A stretch of 31,494 nt of DNA. It comes from a virus. Its lineage: Duplodnaviria; Caudoviricetes. The notes under the pieces are model-generated. The model had not been told where the DNA came from, did no database searches, and saw only the letters and a program-made list of their open reading frames with translations. Location: IMG/VR virus record IMGVR_UViG_3300017700_000144, positions 1-31,494 of that record; one strand, 5' to 3'. Positions 27,444 to 31,494 of the stretch are shown piece by piece; the first letter of the stretch is position 1; the number at the start of each line of letters is the position of its first letter. The translations under genes and the position numbers were made by a program.

Positions 27444-28445
27444 TTATACCGCTCCAACACTCAGGAGGTAGGCTTGCTCTAAATTATAATAGGAAAGGAA
27501 TTGAGCTTCAGTCCAAGCTGTAGCATTAATAGCGGAGGCACATTGACGTACCGAATAAAATCCACCTGATCGAAGAAGAGAGACGTTACCGGTTCCGAAG
27601 GTACTTGAAGCGATTGTCTTAGGAGAAACAAAGACCCCATTTCGGAGCATATTGTATGTTCCTGAAGCACCTCGAGCAAATCCGTACAAACCAATACTAT
27701 TAGCGACAGTAAAGGTCTCTACAGTTTCTGCATGGGCGCGAGTATTCAAAGCTGTACTATTACGGCCACTCACGTAAGAGTTAACACCTGCTATAGTACC
27801 CATATCCCGGCCGTTAGAATTGTTGTCAGTTCTAGAACGAAACAGCATAGTATGGTTATTAATTGTAATTAATGGAAGAGAAGCTAGACCTACCCCATAA
27901 TCTAAATAAGAAGAAGTACCATTACCGGTAAATCCTCTGTCGACTTCAAATACAGCCGAACTATTAGTTAAAGTAATTTGACCGGGGTTAACCCAGTTAA
28001 GACGTCCTGCTTGCTCATCATGAGCTGCAAGAATGTGAAGGGTGGAGATAGTATCCCACAAACCTGCTTGTTTAAGTCCTACAATAAAACTATTCATAGC
28101 ATTCTTCCTAGCGGTAGAAGGAGCTACAGACATTGCAGTAACTAAAGTATTAGTTGAAGTATCATAAGTAACTTGAGTCGGTTGAGCCCCTTGTTTAGAA
28201 CTAACAAGAGTATAACCTCCAGCGCCGTCACTGATAATATTAATGCTTCCGTTGAGATTATTAACCTCAGTAGTAGAAGTAACTACGACAGCATTATAAG
28301 CACCGCACGGGTGCATCCGCCCAGTTAAAGTCGTTCCGTTATTGATAACAACGTTATAGGAACCGTCTAGAGCTTGGAGTCCTGTCAAGGTACTTCCGTC
28401 TACGACAGTAAGACGAACAGATCCGTCAGTGTTATAAAGGGACAT
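27444..28445 (-). CDS. putative virion fibre/adhesin-like protein with N-terminal repeats
   Basis: Thr/Ser/Gly/Asn-rich; ~20-aa N-terminal repeats; beta-rich C-terminal domain (DRGFTGNGTSSYLD). Confidence 0.55.
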   Translation of the reverse strand: MSLYNTDGSVRLTVVDGSTLTGLQALDGSYNVVINNGTTLTGRMHPCGAYNAVVVTSTTEVNNLNGSINIISDGAGGYTLVSSKQGAQPTQVTYDTSTNTLVTAMSVAPSTARKNAMNSFIVGLKQAGLWDTISTLHILAAHDEQAGRLNWVNPGQITLTNSSAVFEVDRGFTGNGTSSYLDYGVGLASLPLITINNHTMLFRSRTDNNSNGRDMGTIAGVNSYVSGRNSTALNTRAHAETVETFTVANSIGLYGFARGASGTYNMLRNGVFVSPKTIASSTFGTGNVSLLRSGGFYSVRQCASAINATAWTEAQFLSYYNLEQAYLLSVGAV

Positions 28446-28738
28446 TAATTCTTTCTTTTTCCGACGTAACCTTCTCCATGGGAAAGTTCATCTAATCGTT
28501 TTTCAATCATATTGATACGATTGTCTTGGACTGCTACTTGGGTAAGGATCTTACCCAATTGAGCAAAGGCTTCCGCAAGGCTTCTTTGAGAGTCTTGAAG
28601 GTATTGAATATCATTTTTGATTAAAGAAAGTTGATTCTTCATGCCTTGAAGAAAAATTGTAAAAGTAATACCCAGAAGGATGGTCTGAATAACCAATCCC
28701 ATTGTAATGGTGGGTTCGAAAGTCAACCCAGAGATCAC
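28445..28738 (-). CDS. membrane-anchored coiled-coil protein, 97 aa
   Basis: N-terminal TM segment followed by a heptad pattern. Confidence 0.7.
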   Translation of the reverse strand: MISGLTFEPTITMGLVIQTILLGITFTIFLQGMKNQLSLIKNDIQYLQDSQRSLAEAFAQLGKILTQVAVQDNRINMIEKRLDELSHGEGYVGKRKN

Positions 28739-28926
28739 GGCTTAATCAACATATTAGGTTTGAGAATATTACTAGGATCAGGCTTAGCTACTTCTAGCAA
28801 CGTAATAGCACGCTGACCGAGGAGAACTTGTAGAACAAGCAGTCCACGTTGATCTAATCTGTCAATGAGATGTTGGAGATCAAGTGCGCCTTGCTCCGGA
28901 GTAATTTCAGTAGTAGTTTCAGTCAT
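28735..28926 (-). CDS. hypothetical protein, 63 aa (MTETTTEITPEQG...)
   Basis: AAGGA SD before ATG 28926; the longer track start falls inside a terminator. Confidence 0.65.
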   Translation of the reverse strand: MTETTTEITPEQGALDLQHLIDRLDQRGLLVLQVLLGQRAITLLEVAKPDPSNILKPNMLIKP

Positions 28927-28936
28927 AATATTCCTT

Positions 28937-28957
28937 AAAAGGGGGGCCGAAGCCCCC
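28937..28957 (-). terminator. Rho-independent terminator after the first late gene
   Basis: Minus strand GGGGGC-TTCG-GCCCCC-CTTTT. Confidence 0.8.
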
Positions 28958-29002
28958 ACAATTATTCGGGCATCAACGAAAATGCGACGCTAACCGAAGT
29001 CA

Positions 29003-29350
29003 TTACTTGGCCTTAGTCATCACCGGGGTGATCTTAGACTTGTCGACGCGAACTTCAGAAACGGGAACGGTCACATCAGTGCCTTCCTTCTTCTGACGCT
29101 CTTCAATCTTCTTAGGGTCCTGACCATCACGGAGTTCTTGGAGATCTTTATTCGAGATCACCTTGACATCTGCGACCGTAGAGCCATGAGCGAGGTTAAG
29201 CTGCTTCTTCTCTTCCTCAGTCACCTGAAGCTGATTCAGCTGGACCTGCTCTTCCTGACCCTGCGAATCGAGGACTCGGTAGGTAGGAGAAACATCAGCA
29301 CCGTCGGCACGACCGAGGAGCTGGACTTCGCGATTTTTATAAACTGCCAT
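29003..29350 (-). CDS. hypothetical protein, 115 aa, probably highly expressed
   Basis: AAAGGA SD, capsid-like codon bias, own promoter and terminator. Confidence 0.8.
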   Translation of the reverse strand: MAVYKNREVQLLGRADGADVSPTYRVLDSQGQEEQVQLNQLQVTEEEKKQLNLAHGSTVADVKVISNKDLQELRDGQDPKKIEERQKKEGTDVTVPVSEVRVDKSKITPVMTKAK

Positions 29351-29409
29351 ATAATTTCCTTTAGATTTATTACCTACGGGGCTTTAGTAGGCTTGTTATA
29401 AATATACCC

Positions 29410-29447
29410 TTGACATAAGTATATCATAGTATATACTCCGTAGTCAA
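29410..29447. promoter_or_regulatory. overlapping divergent sigma70-type promoters
   Basis: Plus strand: TTGACA (29410-15)-N16-TATACT (29432-37). Minus strand: TTGACT (29447-42)-N18-TATACT (29423-18) with extended -10 TGn. Confidence 0.75.
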
Positions 29448-29468
29448 CTTTATTCTAGAAAGGCAGTT

Positions 29469-29600
29469 ATGGACGAAAACATTTTATCTGAGAAAGACAT
29501 CGAAAACTTAGAATGGGCGAGAGATTTCATGAATAGGTATGAGAAGAAGATTAGAATGCCATTTAAATGCCCTAGGAAGCCCCGTGGTGAGTTTAAATGA
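29469..29600 (+). CDS. micro-ORF, 43 aa (MDENILSEKDIENLEW...)
   Basis: Manual translation; GAAAGG SD; first gene after the promoter. Confidence 0.6.
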   Translation: MDENILSEKDIENLEWARDFMNRYEKKIRMPFKCPRKPRGEFK

Positions 29601-29770
29601 TTAAGGTATACCGATACACCGGAGAAGGTGCAAAACTAATCAGAGAGGCTTTAAAAAGCGATATAGTTGGTTTAACCGAAACTCGAGTATGTTGGAGTAT
29701 TACTCCTGACGGGTATATTCCGTGCTTCCTCAATCGAAAGAAAGTATATGTTCATGAAAGCAGTCTATGA
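29597..29770 (+). CDS. micro-ORF, 57 aa (MIKVYRYTGEGAKLI...)
   Basis: Manual translation; ATGA overlaps at both ends. Confidence 0.6.
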   Translation: MIKVYRYTGEGAKLIREALKSDIVGLTETRVCWSITPDGYIPCFLNRKKVYVHESSL

Positions 29771-29946
29771 CTAAAAGAGATCCTAAATGTATTATCCATA
29801 AATACGAGTTTGATGTAGAAGGACAGGATATCTACCTAGAAATGAATGGAATGTTTAGTCTGAGCGAAATCGAAGATTATATCAAGAAAGCCAAGAATCA
29901 ACAGGAAGACGAAAAATATATTTGTGGGGAGAGTTACTATTACTAA
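29767..29946 (+). CDS. micro-ORF, 59 aa, acidic (MTKRDPKCIIHKYEF...)
   Basis: Manual translation; ATGA overlap with the upstream ORF. Confidence 0.6.
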   Translation: MTKRDPKCIIHKYEFDVEGQDIYLEMNGMFSLSEIEDYIKKAKNQQEDEKYICGESYYY

Positions 29947-30052
29947 ACGATATTGGAAGAAGTGGTGGAAGATGTACGGGGTTATCCTTGCTTGGCTTAT
30001 CCCGATTCAATTGATTGGTTTGATAATTCTTAGGTGGTTTGGGTTTATTTGA
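29924..30052 (+). CDS. micro-ORF, 42 aa, Trp/Lys-rich then TM helix
   Basis: Manual translation from GTG (..KRYWKKWWKMYGVILAWLIPIQLIGLIILRWFGFI); TGATG-coupled to the next ORF; start uncertain. Confidence 0.5.
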   Translation: MGRVTITKRYWKKWWKMYGVILAWLIPIQLIGLIILRWFGFI

Positions 30053-30231
30053 TGTGGAGCTTTTATGGATGGAGAAACCAAGAATGGATTATAGGCTTTT
30101 GGTTCCTTGGTTGGAAGAATATTCAATTAGGGGTTAACGTTTGTCTTGAAGGGAATGTAGAACTTCATGTTCCCTTTGGATTTTTTATTATTGGAAAGAC
30201 GAAGAGTTATTCGTCAGCAAGGTTTGAATGA
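30052..30231 (+). CDS. micro-ORF, 59 aa, aromatic-rich (MWSFYGWRNQEW...)
   Basis: In ORF track (30034..30231); ATG 30052 overlaps the previous stop. Confidence 0.55.
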   Translation: MWSFYGWRNQEWIIGFWFLGWKNIQLGVNVCLEGNVELHVPFGFFIIGKTKSYSSARFE

Positions 30232-30380
30232 TTATGGACCAAGAATTTAAAATTCAGCTTCAATTTATGCTTGAGAGATTTCTTGAAGAGAACCTTGGTG
30301 TAGTTGATGCCGCTGACCAGAAAAATAAAATCATCGGTATTCCGTTTGTTTGTCAGAATATCGTAAAGCTGATCCATTAA
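30228..30380 (+). CDS. micro-ORF, 50 aa (MIMDQEFKIQLQFMLERF...)
   Basis: Manual translation; ATGA overlap with the upstream ORF. Confidence 0.55.
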   Translation: MIMDQEFKIQLQFMLERFLEENLGVVDAADQKNKIIGIPFVCQNIVKLIH

Positions 30381-30426
30381 AAATTTCTCCGAGATATTTT
30401 TGAGGTGTAATTCAATGCTGCCTTTG

Positions 30427-30625
30427 GACCCCCCGACCCCCCTTGACCCCTAGGATTATAGACCTAGGACTATAAGGATGTGAATGCTTTCCTAGGAAGG
30501 TAAGCCTAGTAAAAAATACCTAAGGTAAGGTATGCTTATAATCCTAGGATTACTTACCTTGATATGCATTGACTAAGTTCCTAGGTCTTAGTTCCTAGTA
30601 GTACATATGTATAACCTTAGGTATG
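30427..30625. repeat. CCTAGG-rich short-repeat block, probable genome-terminus region
   Basis: CCTAGG at 30449, 30463, 30491, 30543 and 30580; variants CCTAGT, CCTAAGG, CCTTAGG; GACCCCCC twice; no ORF. Confidence 0.7.
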
Positions 30626-30723
30626 CTTAAGCGCATGCCTCGTGCCGAGCTATGCAAAAGGAAGGAATGATATCATTTCTGGGAAATGCATAGGTGTCAT
30701 GCATTACTGCATAGCTAAACCTC

Positions 30724-30752
30724 TTGCCTTTGCTGTCTCACCGTGGCATTGT
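30724..30752 (+). promoter_or_regulatory. candidate early promoter
   Basis: TTGCCT-N17-CATTGT with TGn extension, upstream of the early leader. Confidence 0.35.
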
Positions 30753-30828
30753 TTGATCACAGACAGCGACTGACTTGTTCCTCCCGACCGCTCCGGCAAC
30801 AGGGAACTCTCGTCAGACCGCCAGTCTC

Positions 30829-30852
30829 ACTACCGACTACCGACTACCGACT
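30829..30852 (+). repeat. tandem 7-mer (ACTACCG)x3 plus ACT
   Basis: Read directly from the sequence. Confidence 0.9.
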
Positions 30853-31106
30853 TGACTAGCCTAGCCTATTCTGATCTACTCTCGACTACGGATTGATACC
30901 GGCACAATGCAGCCATACGGTTAGCGCGCGGTGTCCTCTGACGATACGCTTATTCGGGTTAGCGGCCGATATGGCCTAGTCCTAGGCATGACGAAATATA
31001 GGCGTGATTACTATCCGCACCGTAAGGTGAGGCGTTGTTTGAAATCGTTAAAGCTTTGGTTGTCTCTGCTAGGCCAGCATGGTCACATGACCGGAAAGGC
31101 TAACAG

Positions 31107-31310
31107 ATGCACAAGAATGAAGCCCAAGGCGTCGCTGTCACCACACACGACAGTGATCGCAGGATTATCAGCCGCACTGTCATTCAGTGTGTTCACGCGG
31201 AACAAGCAGAAGAATTATTTATGGCAGTTAATAAAACTGCCAATCTGCGTGCGGCTCTTGTCTATCGTTCTGTCGATTGTTTCGGCAAGCTTGTTTGGCT
31301 GGAATGCTGA
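31107..31310 (+). CDS. early hypothetical protein, 67 aa
   Basis: GGAAAGG SD; first ORF after the leader. Confidence 0.65.
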   Translation: MHKNEAQGVAVTTHDSDRRIISRTVIQCVHAEQAEELFMAVNKTANLRAALVYRSVDCFGKLVWLEC

Positions 31311-31311
31311 C

Positions 31312-31494
31312 ATGATTACAATACACTGGCCCCGAAAGGGGTTTGTTTCAGAAGCATCCATCGTTCAAGGTGGATACGCTGCTAAGGCAATGTTCGCGGA
31401 ATACTACTGCGGCCGCGAACCTCCTAACTATCCGTTGCCTGCCATGATCGGGCAAGTTGATTGTTTTTACTACCTTTCCCCCGATCTCGGTGAA
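31312..31494 (+). CDS. early hypothetical protein (3' partial; MITIHWPRKGFVSEASIV...)
   Basis: ATG 1 nt after the upstream stop; frame open to the window end. Confidence 0.55.
   Translation, partial: MITIHWPRKGFVSEASIVQGGYAAKAMFAEYYCGREPPNYPLPAMIGQVDCFYYLSPDLGE

Noticed and set aside
28735-29350. Terminase small subunit among the genes upstream of terL
   Set aside because: None shows a recognisable TerS HTH/oligomerisation pattern, so it is left uncalled.
30427-30625. CCTAGG block as a CRISPR array
   Set aside because: Units are only 6-7 bp and irregularly spaced, with no repeat-spacer periodicity.
30938-30996. Hammerhead-like CTGACGA...CGAAA
   Set aside because: The stem II closing bases (U and C) do not pair, and I could not build stems I and III with a cleavage triplet.

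Overview
This window is most of a lytic podovirus genome with a two-arm layout resembling cobaviruses/Zobellviridae (inferred from gene order, not a database match). It appears circularly permuted. 1-3392 (+) is the end of the DNA-metabolism arm: a Cas4-like PD-(D/E)XK exonuclease cut by the window edge, endonuclease VII, a small HNH-like protein and several tiny ORFs. It converges at a bidirectional terminator (~3462-3501) on a 26-kb minus-strand late arm (29350->3532). That arm holds terminase, portal, scaffold, major capsid, decoration protein, tail-collar fibre, tailspike, tail adaptor and nozzle, a lysis cassette, a GNAT, three internal virion proteins and an LPD23/HExxH protein. Overlapping divergent sigma70-like promoters at 29410-29447 face the late arm and six coupled micro-ORFs (29469-30380). 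A CCTAGG-rich non-coding block (~30420-30625) probably marks the physical genome end. It is followed by a structured GC-rich leader and the first early genes. No tRNA, CRISPR, integrase or IS was seen. Best leads: the modular, probably injected LPD23/zincin effector; a 29-bp inverted repeat bracketing a two-start gene; the palindromic dual promoter; and the structured early leader. All product calls rest on motif recognition and synteny by eye.
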